DNA of 64,000 nucleotides, taken from positions 66,900,001 through 66,964,000 of the forward strand of contig NC_045696.1 of the NCBI RefSeq assembly GCF_009834535.1, given 5' to 3'. Each line of letters begins with the position of its first letter. Within the stretch, counting starts at the first letter, position 1. The position numbers and the translations under genes were made by a program. The notes under the pieces were generated by a model that saw nothing but the letters and a program-made list of their open reading frames with translations, did no database searches and was not told the origin of the DNA. This document shows positions 38,801 through 52,315 of the stretch, piece by piece. The stretch is from Camelus ferus. Taxonomy: Eukaryota.

Positions 38801-40399
38801 GGAGTGAAAATTAGATGGTAGGAGAGAAGTGAAACCTTTAGGCCCTCATATCTTAAATGCGTTGATGAATCAGGTCGAGTCATCAAAAGCAGCAAGAACC
38901 AAAAGCGGCTGGCAAGAGCTCTGCTTTGGCAGGAGGAAATCTCAATTTCACATTCCCCTTCTTTACTCCCATCTCCTCTGGCTCTCTTTGTAGCTAAGTG
39001 CCTGAAATCAAAGTTTTGCTGCAGGCTTACAGATAACTAAAAAGAAAAGAGGGAGAGAAACCGATAAAGTTACAAAGTTACAAAGGATAAGCTCAGAGAT
39101 AAACAAAGGATGGCATAGAGGGTGACATGCAGGGCCCAAGGAAGCATTTCTCAGGAAGGAAAACAAGTCACATCTGATATTTCAAAACTTAAAAGGGACC
39201 ATGAAACTGCTCTGCAGTTAGATCATAAAAAGAGATGCAGAAGCACAAAGGGAGGTAATGTGATTAGCAGGAGGCACAGGTGAAAGATTCAGGGCATTTT
39301 TTTGTAAACCGCAATGGTGTGGTCACTTGAAAAAAAAAATTGTACACATGTAGGCTACATTGATGGTAGGGCGTTCCCAAACAGAGGAAGTATGGCATGT
39401 TGTGGTCAGACCATACCAAGGGAATAGTTCTAGCTACAAGATCTTTCAAGAAAAGCAAACATCCGGGAAAGTTCTAGGAGGAATTTGGTTAGGTAGCTAA
39501 GGTGACAAAACCGTGCCTGAAGAAAAAGGAATGAAGGCTTTCAAGGATGTTCTAGTTGGATCAGATAGAGCTCATGCAGAAATGTAAATGGCTCTTTGGG
39601 AAAAGAGAAATTAGAACTAACACTAACGGGAGAAAGTTTCAGGAAGGCAAGATGAGGTTCAGTATAGAGAAGCACTTTATAAACAATAGAAACCATCTAA
39701 CAATAGAAAAGACTTCTCAGACAGCATCAAAACTGAGGCTAAGCTGAGAGTCCATTGCTGATAATGCTTTAGGGGCAATTCAGGCATTTGGATGAACATT
39801 CCAACTCAGTAGATTCTTAAAATATAAAAACTGACCCTGGAACAAAATGGTACCTTGAAATTTGGACTGGCTGTAGACTCAGGACTGAGGCTCATTTAAG
39901 TAGGAGAAATGGTCCTAGAGCTCTAGTTTGTGCTTTCCAAGAAACATCTTCTGTGACTCTAGGCAAATTACTTTCCCTCTCTGGGCTTGTGCTTCCTTCT
40001 ACAAAAGACTGGGGCTTATTCTTGGATCAGTGGTTTTCAAACTTAAAATATTACTCCTAAGTATAAATAATTAAAATAAGTTAACTTTTTTAAAGTATGC
40101 TTGAATTGCAGTAAGGATGGGATCTCTCTTCTCTTCAAGACTCATCAAGGCAGCCTCTGTAGGGACCTCTCACAATCCTTAAATCGTCTAGGCAGTAAGA
40201 ATTGCAAGTCATCTTCCCACTGATCCCTGAAACCCGAGGGTTTCTTGTTCTAAGTGGGATCTGGCATTTTCTATCACAGGGAACCAGGAAAAGGACTCAG
40301 GGCTTTACGCATTGTGAAGATGGTTCCTTCAGGACTTGAGATATTTAGCACACATTCGGACACAGTTCCTTGAACAGTGTCTAGATCTTATGATTTCTG

Positions 40400-41200
40400 A
40401 GCCCTTGTTTATTCTTTTCCCCAGGTCTGGAATATAGTCCCACTTTCTTGGACTGGCTCAAATTTTATATACTCTTCAAAATCCACCTCAAATTTCCTCC
40501 AGGAAGACTTCTTAAATCAGTGCCCCTCTCCCCTTTGCAATTTCTTGGACCACTGTATGTTGTATATGTTTGCTCTGTCATCCCAAAGGACCTGTGAACT
40601 GCTTAAGACAGCAGAGTGAAAAGGGCTTGGGGCTGGAAGTCATAGATTCTCTTGCTAATTGCACAACCTTGGGTAGGTAACTGGACTTCTTTGAGGTTCA
40701 GTTGCATCACCTGCAGAATGGAAATGGATATACCCACTTAAAAGTGGTTTTGTAAGGATCACATGAAATAGTGCATGCAAAACACCCCACACACGGGAAA
40801 AAATATCAGTTATTAATCCCATTTACCATTTCCTTTGCCCCAGAGGAAAGGAAATTTAAGCTTTTATTGGAGGAAGATCCTTTCACTTTTTTATTACTTA
40901 GATATCTCTACTCCCTGCCTTCATTTGACTTAATCATCATTCAGTATTTATAAACACTGAAAATGAGTGAAAAAGAAATTGGCTAAGTTAGGAGGAGAGA
41001 GTAATCTCTCTCTCATTAGCAATGCTTTATAGAGTGTGTGTTCACATATCTGGTCTAATTTGATCCTCACATCAACACCCTGTGGTAGATTCACTCTTTC
41101 CTTTGTAGCTGAGAAAATGGAGGCTGAGATTAAGTCACTCGCCTGAAGTCACTTGCTAGTTAGAGAAGAACTGAGATTCAAAACCGGTTTTTCCTTATTC
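40400..41200. mobile_element. L2 fragment followed by two MIRs
   Basis: L2 ...tcttcaaaatccacctcaaatttcctccaggaagactt...; MIR cores at ~40690 (+) and ~41110 (-). Confidence 0.6.
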
Positions 41201-42519
41201 CAAAACTCATGATTTGACTGCTTTGTTTTGCTACATAAGTGGATTCTTCTTTGTTCCTGCCATTGGGAAAGTCTTGATGCTTCCTCTTAGTGTGGGTGCG
41301 GGAGAAGAGGAGGTGAGATCTCACTTTAGATAAGATTGGGCAAAGAGCAGCTGAGTCTTCCTCACTCTTACAGAAAACAGTCTGATCCAGCCACACCTCA
41401 TCTGTGGGAACCCTTCCTGGTAGAGCTGCTCTGGAACATCAAGGTTTATAGCCAGATCCTGTGCGAATAACCATGTTCTTCCCTCGCTCTCAACACCCAT
41501 GTCTGAGGAGTTAAACTCTTCTGCACGGGAGTTCCTTATTTGTTGCAGCCTTGTCCTTGCTTGTCTGTAGATGGATCCATAGCTTACTCTCCACTCCCTA
41601 TACCCTGGATTTTGCAATCCCCTTCAGGCCTTTTAAGGAAGACTCCTGTTTCTTCATGGGGTTGTCCCTGAAGTTCATCAAGGGCTGTTTCCCCTGGCAC
41701 AGAACTTACAATGTCCCCTGAGCCCTTGGCTGAGACCTGCAGATCCAGACTGATCATTGAAATAAACCCAGGCAATTCAGTAACCCAAATTTGGGAGGTC
41801 TGGGTATAGGAAAACCCATAAAACTCTTGATGCAACCATTGCTGACAGATTTTACCTACCTCCCTTCTCCACACACCCAGCCACCCATGCCTTACCCTGA
41901 TATGTAGTACAGGAGAGTCACACACGTGCTCTTGAAGGGGGAACTTGGCAGCAGCCATTCCTTCCCCAGGGCATGGCTGGGGATTATGTATAACCTGTAA
42001 CTCACCGCCAAGGGTGAACGCATGAAGACAACCATTCAGGCAAGGGCAGGTTTCTTCACTCCAGCTAAGTTTGTGACATGAGACCAGACTGTTGGCTCCA
42101 CCCTGACCTAATAGGAGCACACTGACCTTCCTTCCTCTGTGTGAAAGATAGAAATATGCCCAGGAGCTTTTTACAGTGACTCACCATTATCTCCATCCTT
42201 GTCTTGATTTAGTTAGAAAAAAATGGCAATCTAAATTAGAATTGAGAAAAACCCATGGGCTTTGCAGGAGCCCCTTCTTCTTAAAAAAAATAAAAAATAA
42301 AAAATCAGAGAACTGCATATTGATGAATAATTTCAGACAAAGAATGTGACAAAATAGAAGCATCAAGCTTGGTTCTCTCTACCTGCCCAACATATTTGGC
42401 AAAGTTGCAAAGAACAAAAAACTCACTATGACTGTTGGGGTCCTTGCCTTCCAATAACAAGGAAGTTGCAAGGCATTTTTACCTGTCTCCTCTGAGGCAA
42501 TATGGATAGTAGGATTTAT

Positions 42520-43620
42520 TGCTTGAGTACCTGCTATTTGCCAGGCATTGTGCACATGGCTTATCCGTTCGCCTATTTCATCCTTGCAACAACATATGAA
42601 GTAAATATTGTAATGACCATTTTCTGATGATGAAATTGAGACTCAGAATACCAGTAAATACAGGAATCTGGATTTAAATCTAGACTATTCCATGCCTAGT
42701 ATGCAGCCATCACATTCTAGATCTCTAGTCCCTGCTAATCTGTTACATTCCAGGTCTTCCTGGGAGTCATTGCTGTGAGCTGATAGTGAGAGTGTGTTGA
42801 GCACTGTTCACATATCAAGCACTTGAGAGGATAGGATAGGAGTAGAAAACAGCTGAGATCCTCTTTTTGAGACATTTCAAACCAATTACGGAGAACTAAA
42901 TGCAAGGAATATATATGTAGGTTCAGAATTATAAGGTGAGATGCAGACTGCACTTAAGTGCCAAGGGGACAGTCAATGAGGGAAGAATGGCCATAGGCTT
43001 TACTCTTCATGGAAGACTTCATAGACGAACTGGTCTCTGGAAGAGAGACCTGCCTTAGGCAAAACCTAGGCCTAAGGAAGATTGTGGGTCACCCTTATGC
43101 ATCACTCAACTTTTTTTTCCTCATAGAAAATAAAGAAAACAGATTTCTTTCCAAAGTCTTTATTTTGCAATGTATAGTTATCATTACAATGGTTCTACTG
43201 GGCACATCCATGCTCTTCAAAACAACAGGATCATTCACTCTTGAGGTCTGGCTCTAGAAACCATGTTATAGTGGACAGGTTACTAGAGTGTCAACTGGGG
43301 CTCTCATCCTAGCTTAGCTGTGTGACCGTGGTTAAGTCTTTTTTCCCTACTGGTCCTCAATTTCCCCAACAATAAAATTGTGGGGTTGGAGGAATAGTCT
43401 ATGAAGTTGCTATTAATGTTGACAGGACATATATCCTCTTCAGAAAGCCCCTGTTTTAGAGTACAGTGGAATGAGTACTGGAATGAGAGTTAGGAGCCAT
43501 TGGTCCCCAAACTGGACCAGTCCTAACTAGGTGTGTAATCTTGGAGAACTCTATTTCACTCCCTAGGTTTCAGTTTCCCTCTCTATACAGTGTCCAAGCT
43601 AAAGGAATTCCATAAATCCT
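42520..43620. mobile_element. MIR/MIR3 fragments
   Basis: Cores at ~42620 (-), ~43320 (+) and ~43560 (+). Confidence 0.55.
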
Positions 43621-44911
43621 CTTTCCACCATGTCCTTGAATGAATCTAAATATCCTATCTACCGTTATTCCTAATAAAAGCATCCATTTGGATAAGAAAA
43701 TAAAAGAAACAAAATAGACCTCCTGAAGGCACCAAATTGAGTATTTGATGTTATTCAATTAAATTGGTTTTGACTGGAATATAGCGTCTTTCGCAAAAAC
43801 AATGACTCAGAAAATTAATTAGACTCTGCTTTAATTAAATAATAATTCTATTTAATGCCAATTAAAATACCACATCTGAGTCAATTCACTGCAGCAAGGT
43901 GTATTTACTGCAGGAAACATGCTCCTTTGCCGTGTGGAGCTGGGTTGATGACTGAGGTGCTGGAGCTCTTGATTTCCAGATAGGCACCCAGGGCTCTGAA
44001 CCACAGGATGAAAATTCCCAGAGGCCATGGGTGCAGCCTGCTCTGATGAAATCTTGCATACCTTAGCTTTCTCCATCAGATTATTTTGCAGGTCCTAGTA
44101 TTAGCATTAAAGACACAGAGAAAATCTAATACCTGGACTGAATTGTCCAGATGCATTTCCAGAAGCCAAACCATTTTTGCCCAGTGTAGTATCATTCCAG
44201 AAAACTCCACTTATGGCTGGGCTGAAGAGACTTTCTGACTTCTCTGAACCTTAGTATGGTATCACCCATGAGGTTCCTGCATAGCTGAGACAGTGGAATC
44301 ACTGAATAATAAGAAGAGAACGTTCCCCACTGTTGCGACTAGATACAGTCTGTCTCTCTTTTGAAGTGACATAACTTTGGCTTATGCTAGTTTAAGGCAG
44401 CTGCTATATCCCATATTAGATATTGTGTGTGTGTGTCTGATTGTGTTATACCGCACTCCAATTGGGTCCTATTTTCTTGACGCAACAGCTACATTGATAA
44501 AGGCTGCCTTTTAAAAAGTACTCTATAATATTTGCCCGTGCATTAAGAACATGTTTGGAATTTCATAAGAACTTTTGAACCTTGAGGAGGTATTGTTATC
44601 CCTTTTTTACAGGTAAGAAGATTAACACTCAAAGAGTTTAAAAGGTTTGTCCAAGTTCACAGATCTAGCCCTCCCTCTGCCAACTGCCCCTAGACACTAC
44701 TCTGTACACAGTAGAAACTCAGTAAGTGTCAGAATGAAAAGATGGGAAATGTCTTCTTCCTAAAGACAACCCCTAAGAAACATTAAATTTTATGGCTATA
44801 TAAGGAAGATCTTCTTTGTTAGCTCTTTATAGAATAGTCAAAAATTGTCTAATGGGAGACCTGAAAGAAGTAGCCAGCAAGGAGGTAAACAAAACTTTTT
44901 TCAGATATAAA

Positions 44912-45457
44912 ACTAGTTGATTAAAAATAGCCCCCAAACACTTGCTACTTCTCTCCCTGAAAGAAGGAAACTAATTATTCTCGCCTTGAACCTAAGTTGG
45001 TCTCGGTCTCAGTCACTTGCCTGGCCAATGCATTTGGCAGAAGTGACATTCTGGGACTTGCAAGATTAGGTCATAAAAAGTCTTGCAACTAAGCCTCTTG
45101 GAATATTTCCTCTGGGAGACCTGAGTTGCCATGAGGAAGATCAGCTACCCTGAAATCACCAGGCTGGTAAGGCCACATGTAGGTACAATTGTCAATAGTT
45201 CTAACTAACCTTGCCAGCCATCACTGCCAAGGCCTAAGACATGTGAACACAGCTGTCTAGGGGCCTCTGAACTGCCCATTTGCCAGTTAAATGCTAGTAA
45301 ATGACTTCAGTTAATTCCATGTGGAGCAGAAATCTTGCTCAGTTGAGTCGTTCCAGAATTCCTGACCCACAAAATCATGAGATATAATAAAATGATTGTT
45401 GTTTTAAGTCACTTAGCTTTGGGGTAGTTTGTCACTTGGCAATAGATCACTGGAACA
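44912..45457 (+). mobile_element. MLT1G/H-type MaLR solo LTR
   Basis: ...ggcagaagtgacattctgggactt...aattcctgacccacaaaatcatgaga...ttttaagtcacttagctttggggtagtttg...gcaatagatcactggaaCA. Confidence 0.8.
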
Positions 45458-45744
45458 CAAAATTATAAATAAATGGGATAAGGGGTAACCACAATACCGT
45501 GAAACCTGCTGTTTGTTTCTTCAGTGACGTTAGGAAGCTAAAATTTACAAGTCATGGCACTTTAACTACTCAGTCTCTCCCAAAAGCCCAAAAATCAATT
45601 GCTATTGCACAAGTCCGGGTCCTTTTTCCCTCTCTTTATAAATTCAGTACACCTGCTTGGAATCCCATGTGCTAGAGAATGAGCTTAAAGCCTCCTATGG
45701 TACAAAAATGTATAAATTAATAATCACAGTAGAGATAATTGCCA

Positions 45745-45950
45745 CAATGTTTAAGTACCTGGACTCTGGAGTTAGACTACTGGAATTCAGATGGCTGTTG
45801 CGCACTTTCTAATGATCTTGGGAAAATGTTCAGCCACTTCAAAGCTCAGTTTCCTCAGCTCTAATATAGGGATAGAGTCTTCACTTAGAGACCATTTTTG
45901 AGAATTAAATGACATAAGGTATATGCAAATAACAATCATTAACTGTAAGT
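45745..45950 (+). mobile_element. MIR SINE
   Basis: ggactctggagttagactactggaattcaga...ctcagtttcctcagctctaatataggg. Confidence 0.75.
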
Positions 45951-46039
45951 GATCATCCAAGTAAACAATTTCAACACACTGAATGAGACTGGGGGTGTGC
46001 AAAGGAGAGACCCACCCCATGGAGGGTGTGTGACTTCAC

Positions 46040-47510
46040 CGGGGTGTCAGACATAGTGGAGCCAGCTGAGGTTTGACATACAGAAACGCAAATCCACGCC
46101 TGAAGTAGATACATTTCCTTCTAAGACAAACTGCTGGCCCTTCTAATGTGGAAGGGGCCCAGTGTAGTCAACCTGCCACCGATGTCCAATTGGTCTCCTG
46201 GAGGAACAGTGCTGTATTCAGAGGTTAGTGTTGGTCTCTTGCTGACACATTGGCTATTTAGAGGCAGCTGTAGCTAAGTCAGCCTTGGTGTGTGGGCATC
46301 TGTGTTTGTTGAGCCCATGTGTAAACTTCATCTCTGCCATGCACGTGCGCTTTGTGTCCATTCTGGCGTGGTCAGTGACAAAGGCTGCTTAACTTCCATT
46401 GGCCAAATTATTTTGTCTGCTTTGTTGTTTAGTGCCTCTTTAGGCTGTCTGGTGGGTGTTTAACATGTGATGTCACATGTCCACTCTTAGTGGCCACACC
46501 TGTATATCTATCCCCATTCCCCACCAGGTCCATGCTGTAGGTCTCTTCTGTCCAGTACTGTTGACCATACAGCAGGCCATCAGCCAGTACCCAGGGATCC
46601 ATGTATTTCACTCACTGAGCCACATCATCTTCCACATGAAAAGACATGCCCAGGTGCAGGCTCAGCTCCATGCAGTGGGAATATTTTCCTTCTCAACTGT
46701 CTTTCAGGGCTGCCCCTGAATGTGGTTGTAATACAGCATCATCTATTTCTGTTTTATCCCCAAACCAAGCTGATCCACCTATGATCAAGCTTGGGTTCTT
46801 TTCCTCCTCATTTAGGAGCCCTCATATGATCATAAGTGCAAGCCAGAGGAGGGTCACTGGTACAATTGTGGGGAGTGGCAGGAATGGTTGGACTATATAC
46901 TCATGAAATGTGTCATATCCCCTGTCCTGCTCGGCCTCAATTCCGGATATACCACTTCCAATCTGTAATGACTATTGCTGGGCCATCTGACTTTATTATT
47001 TGGTGGGAATCTGAAAACCCAGCTCATGATGGATAGCTCCAGATTTATGCTAATGTGGTGAGTCATAGTTAAACATTCTCTACCAGGGTCCAGTAAGGCA
47101 CCAAGAGCTAATTTTCAAAGGGTCCATAATTATTGCTGGTGACATAGCCTGGTTTCAGAATCCAAAGAGCTTGTGCTGCAATTCTGTAACTTAAATTTAC
47201 CCTAAGCTCCATACTGTATCTTTTGCCGCCACTGACATTTCCAACAGCCTAGAGCCTACTGGATCATTTGGCCCAAGTGGCAAAGCTGAGGCTACCGTGG
47301 TCTGGATCTGCTCTCTGCTCTAGGCCCTACTCAAGGCTGGCAGACTTCCATGTCACACAGCATATGGGTCAGAGTAGTGTTCCTAGGTGCACAATGTCTT
47401 GCCTACAGAACCCAAAGACGCCTGCCATCTGCTGTGCTTCCTCCTGTGCAGTATGGGTGATAAGAGGCAGCAGTTTTCTTTTTTTCAGTTGGAGGAATAT
47501 CCTGCATAAT
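46040..47510 (-). mobile_element. ERVL internal pol fragment (RT thumb, RNase H, integrase), decayed
   Basis: Minus-strand relics HGRDEVYTWAQQ / TKADLATAAS / WQVDYTGPLP match the ERVL integrase (HGGRDGGYAWAQQ..TKADLATA..WQVDYIGPLP). Confidence 0.85.
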
Positions 47511-47524
47511 TCTAATCAACCCCA

Positions 47525-47896
47525 AGTGAAAGAAGAAGAGATGGAGAAAGGAAGAATGATTAGGTGGACTGAGGAGCTAATGTATAACACAATGACTATA
47601 ATTGATAACACTGTATCATATAATTGAAATTTGTTGAAAGAGTGACCTTACCTGTTCTCACTAAATATATACGGTGATGAGTATGTTAATTACCTAAATG
47701 GGAAGAATTCTTTTATCCTGTATACCTTATATTAAATCATCATGTTATACACTTTAAATACCTTAGAATATTATCAATTACACTTCAATCATAGGAAAAT
47801 GAATATATCTATGAATATGCATGACTGGGCCATTGTGCTATATACCAGAGATTGACACATTGTAATTGACTGTACTTCAATTAAAAAAAAAAAAAA
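47525..47896 (+). mobile_element. Two tandem L1 3' ends (older L1MA-type, then younger camelid-type with poly(A))
   Basis: ...atgactataattgataacactgtatcatataattgaaatttg...; then ...gcatgactggg...acacattgtaattgactgtacttcaatt(A)14. Confidence 0.8.
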
Positions 47897-48110
47897 GATC
47901 TCCTACCACTCTGTGGAAGCCTATTAGAAAGAGCTAAGGTCAGAAGCAGAGTGATGAGCTAGGAAGATATTGTGGTACCCAAGGAAGGTGATGGTAGCTT
48001 AGACAAGGGTCATGACAGCAAAGATGGGGTGTCATTGAGAGATCTGGGATATATTTTTAATCAACAGGACCTTGGTGAATTATTGGAAAAGACGGCATGC
48101 TATCTATTAC

Positions 48111-48449
48111 TGTTAGGTAGTTGGGTAAGTGGGGGCACCAAGGCAGATAGGGAGGGACATGCACAAAGGAAACAAACATTACTAGGCATTCCAGGAGCAA
48201 GAGCCATCAATCAATAAAAAGACCACCCCTAAGCGAGGGCATAAGAGAAAGAACAAAACAAGGACCACCGCTCTTCCTCCCTCGGATCAGGCCGCCCTCT
48301 CGTTCTTGGAGGTGTATTTTTCTTTTCCTAAATAAATCCTTTAAAATCTTTTGCTGCACAACACACTCCATCTCCTGTCTGTAATCTCATCTTTCAGGTA
48401 AGACAAGGACTGGGGTCTTTCCTCTTTACCTTTTGGGGTGAGGTTACCA
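48111..48449 (+). mobile_element. ERV1-class solo LTR
   Basis: TG...CA termini, AATAAA at ~48331 and U5-like ...caggtaagacaaggact...ggttacCA. Confidence 0.6.
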
Positions 48450-49234
48450 TATCTATGTACTATGACACAAGGAAAGCAGTTAGTAAAAACTTGACTCAGT
48501 GATTAAGACCCAGAAAGGTGAAGTGAGGTTATATGGTCAAGAAATACAGAGTGCCATCTAGAATTAGGTTTCTTAACTCTCATCCAAGAGCTGTTTTCAT
48601 TCTACCTTTCTACTCCTCTGCCTTATCAGCAGTAGAATGTTAGCACAGTAGTTCTCCTATGCAAATGAAAATGTGTACACTTTTATATCAGCTAGGCCTA
48701 AGGTGGGATTCGGTCTCCTTGACTTGTTACTCAGGTGACCGATGAATACATTTCCTCATATAAAAAGCACTTATTAAACAAAAATTTGTTGAATGAGTAT
48801 TAATTGTCAGATTTGGTTCTAAAACTAGGAAAATAATAGGGAAAAAAAACCTGTCAAAATCACTTCAATCATGGAATTTATTTCTTTTGTTAGGGAAGAA
48901 TAAATGTGCAAGTTATTGTCTCTGCTCCTTCCCTGCCCCTCCCATAATGTGAGGGTTGGAAGCCGACATTTTCCCTACTGCCTTGCCAGCTGATCACTAT
49001 CTAGGTTCTGTGAATGGGAGGCATTGGTGGAAAATTGGGAACTATATATATTTCCAACAAAGAAAGTTTATTAGAAGGATTTAGTTGCCTTAACAAAAAA
49101 GAAGTTGAAATACCTGGAGGAACCCTGACACAGTCATTTTGCCAAAAGATCGGACTACAGCAAAGTTATGATACAGAGATGAGCACTTCAGTCCATCAGT
49201 GTTCCGGGCTGCCTTGCAGGTCTCCAGAACTCAT

Positions 49235-49565
49235 GGGGAGATATTTGATGTTGATGTCCAAACACCCAGTACCTCAGAAAGTGCCTGTATCTGGAGATAG
49301 GGACTTTAAATGGGGTGCAAGGTAAAATGAGGCCATATGTGTGGGCTCTGATCTGATTAGTGTCTGTACAGGAAGAGGAAATTAGGACCTAGAAACTCAC
49401 AGATGGAAGGCTATTCAAAGACAGAGGGAAAAGATGGCCACTGACAAACCAAAGAGAGGAGCCTCTGAATGAAGCCAACCCTGCTGACACCTTTACCTTG
49501 GACTTCTAACCTCCTAAGCCACTCAGTCTGACACTTTATTGCGGCAGCTCTAGCAAACTAATATA
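49235..49565 (+). mobile_element. MLT1B-type MaLR LTR
   Basis: cccagtacctcagaa...tggagatagggacttt...ccaaccctgctgacacctt...ggcagctctagcaaactaatata. Confidence 0.8.
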
Positions 49566-50133
49566 ATCAGAAAAGTACTCATCTTGTTCAGAAAGCTCTA
49601 GAATTACTTCCTCATCAGAGGCTTAATAAACTATCATCAAATGTCCCTGAATCCTTTAATAGGCAGGTTTATTCCATTTTTGCCTGAATAGTTAACTGTA
49701 TCATATAATCCTCTTTTTGAGAGACTCATAGTCTAGAATAGGATTCTATGAAATGAGTCAAGATAGGTTTGGATAAGTGCCATGAGAGGGATTTGTTTAA
49801 AGGTGTTACAGAGCTCCTGAGTAGGAAGGGAGTATTACCAGGCAAAAGTCCTGAAATGGTTCATGAATGATAAGATTTTAACCATGGAGAAGAGGGCAGA
49901 AGGTCTCTGAAGTGTGTATGCATAGTGGTACTGAGGTTGGAAGCACGTGTCATGTCGCGGAAGGACAGAGTTCCTATGTGACCTATACCCAGCATGGAGG
50001 AAGAAAAGGGGAAACTTGGTAGCTGAGACTGGAAAGAGAACAGTTCTTAGTTAGTCAGTTTTCTTCCAGAAAAAAAAAAAAAAAAAAAAAGTCTTTAGAA
50101 AGTGTGATAGAAAACAATTTTTTTTTAAAAAAA

Positions 50134-50211
50134 GGGGGAGAGTATAGCTCAGTGATAGAGTGCATGCCTAGCAAGCACAAGGTCCTAGGTTCAATCCCCA
50201 GTCCTCTCCAT

Positions 50212-50264
<53 letters not shown>

Positions 50265-50300
50265 AAACAACCTAATTACCAGCCCCCCCCCCCAAAAAAA
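50134..50300 (+). mobile_element. Vic-1-type camelid tRNA-derived SINE with expanded (TAAA)n
   Basis: GGGGGAGAGTATAGCTCAGTGATAGAGTGCATGCCTAGC...GGTTCAATCCCCAGT (Pol III A/B boxes), (TAAA)n at ~50218-50265, then acctaattacc and a C-run. Confidence 0.9.
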
Positions 50301-50569
50301 GGGGAAAAAAAGGAAGTGTGGTAAAATCTGGACATACAGAAATCAAGGAAAAGTCAGGTTTTGCCAGGGAGAGTCTCCTGATGAAATGTTAGGAGAGTCA
50401 GAGCCTGAAAAATACCAAACTGGAAATTCAGCTGTAGCCGTGGAAAAATCCAACATAGTCTATATGCATCTTTACTACAGTTAACACTATTAATGGCCAC
50501 CTATCAATCTTCGTTTCTCTAAGTTAATGAGAAACACCTGGACATGAGACTCTGCAAACATATAGAGGA

Positions 50570-51000
50570 AGTGTAGTAGCAAAGAGCAAGGGCTAGGAAT
50601 CAGATGGACCTAGACTTGAGCCCCATCTTTGCCAAATACAAATGATCTGATCTTGACTTGACTTCATTTCCTTATCTGTAAAATGGGTATAATGATAGAA
50701 CCTACATTCTAGAATGGTGTAAGACTGAAATTAAATAATGACCATAAATTAATTCACGTGTTTTCTATCACATGTTAAGTGAGCATACAAGTCAGCTTGC
50801 CTGGCATACATTCCAGCCTTCATGCTTTAGTCTGTGTGAAGACGGGCCAGTTATCTAACTATTCAGCCTCAGATTCCTTCTCTGTGAGATAGACATGATG
50901 AAGGTACACAATCCAGAGGATTGTTGTGAAGGTCAATATAGTTGCTACATCTAACACTTAGGTACAATGTCTAGGACATAGTATAATAGATCAATAATGT
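50570..51000 (+). mobile_element. Two tandem MIRs
   Basis: Cores tttccttatctgtaaaatggg and gcctcagattccttctctgtgagatag. Confidence 0.7.
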
Positions 51001-51552
51001 GATAGAGTTGACGGTAGTAGTGGTAATTGTGTCTGATGGAAATGAAGGCAATGCAAATGTGCTTAGCAGAGAGCAGTTTTTAATTTAATCACTGGGATTG
51101 TTGCAGAAGTTCTGGAAGGTTGTAGGATAATATGCAGAGGCCATCAGTGAAGGCAGTACAGTGAAAGAGTTACAATTCTTCCTAAGAGAATGGCCCAAGA
51201 ATGATGGATAAGATTATGAAACATTGTGTTTCAGGAGGTTTAGCCTTCTCCCCACTCTTCCAGGCCCAGTCAGCTTTCTCACCCTCCACGGTAGCCTCTC
51301 ATTTATCCTGTTAGCAGATTATTACATTAGCATATGCCTTGGGGTATGGTCAGGACTCTGAATAAATGCTTGAGGCAGTAATTACTGCATTGTCATGATT
51401 GAAAGGGACAATTAGAAAATGATTGAAGACAATTAACTTAATCCAAGAAGCTAAATGTGTAAACACTGGTACTTTAAACCAGCTTTCAACAATATCATAA
51501 GAATTAAAGGATTGTTGAAACACTTGCTTTTTATTTTGTGTACGTGTCATTT

Positions 51553-51775
51553 ATTTTTTATTTTTAATTGCAATTTAGTTGACATACTATATTATTTCAG
51601 GTGTCCTACAAAATCATTTGACATTTGTATGCATTATGAGATGATCACAACGATAAGTCTAGTAACCGCTTGTCCCCGTACAAAGTTATTCCAATATTGC
51701 TGACCATATTTATGCCATGTATTGCATCCTCATGACTTTATCATATTACTGGAGGTTTATGCCTTCAGTTTACCT
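51553..51775 (-). mobile_element. L1MA-type 3' end
   Basis: T-rich tail then ...ttgacatttgtatgcattatgagatgatcacaacgataagtctagtaacc. Confidence 0.75.
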
Positions 51776-52315
51776 ATTTATCATAACAATTATTATTAAA
51801 AATCAATCAAAGTAATTGATTAAAGTAGGCTTGTCAATGTCAATATTTTAAAAGATTCCTTTGTTTTAGGATCCCCGGGGATCCTTACACCTTGGGGTAA
51901 TGCACCATAGATAGATGGGGGAGAGTTATCTCTTGTTGTTGTTAGTAAGAGAAAGGTCAGAGTGAAAGGGCCAGAGTCACAGGATAACTGCCTGGTGTTC
52001 TCAGCTCCTGGACTTTTCCTATGGAGAAAGAGGAAGTGTGAATGTTGAGGATCTAGAAATTGACTTGCTAAAAATTCTTCATTCTCTGTGTCCCTTATAT
52101 TGCTTTCTGTGCCCCTAGGGTTAATTGAACCCCAGATTGCATACTGCTGCTCAAAGAGAGTTTTTAGTTTTCACTTTCTACTTCTCACTGAGATGGGACT
52201 ACATATTATTTTGAAATAAACACCTGTTCTCTCTTCTCTCTCTCTCTCTTTTTTTAAATAGTAATAGTCACAACTAACATTTGTACTTCACTTTTTAATT
52301 TATGTCACTTTAATG

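Noticed and set aside
26787..44556. p53/p63 response elements (half-sites such as AAACATGTTC 26787, AAACATGCTC 43915, GAACATGTTT 44547)
   Set aside because: By eye I found only isolated RRRCWWGYYY half-sites and no correctly spaced pair. A motif scan could still find degenerate sites.
50134..50210. tRNA gene (also 62353-62430)
   Set aside because: The tRNA-like A/B boxes are followed by an AT-rich tail and flanked by TSDs, so these are SINEs.
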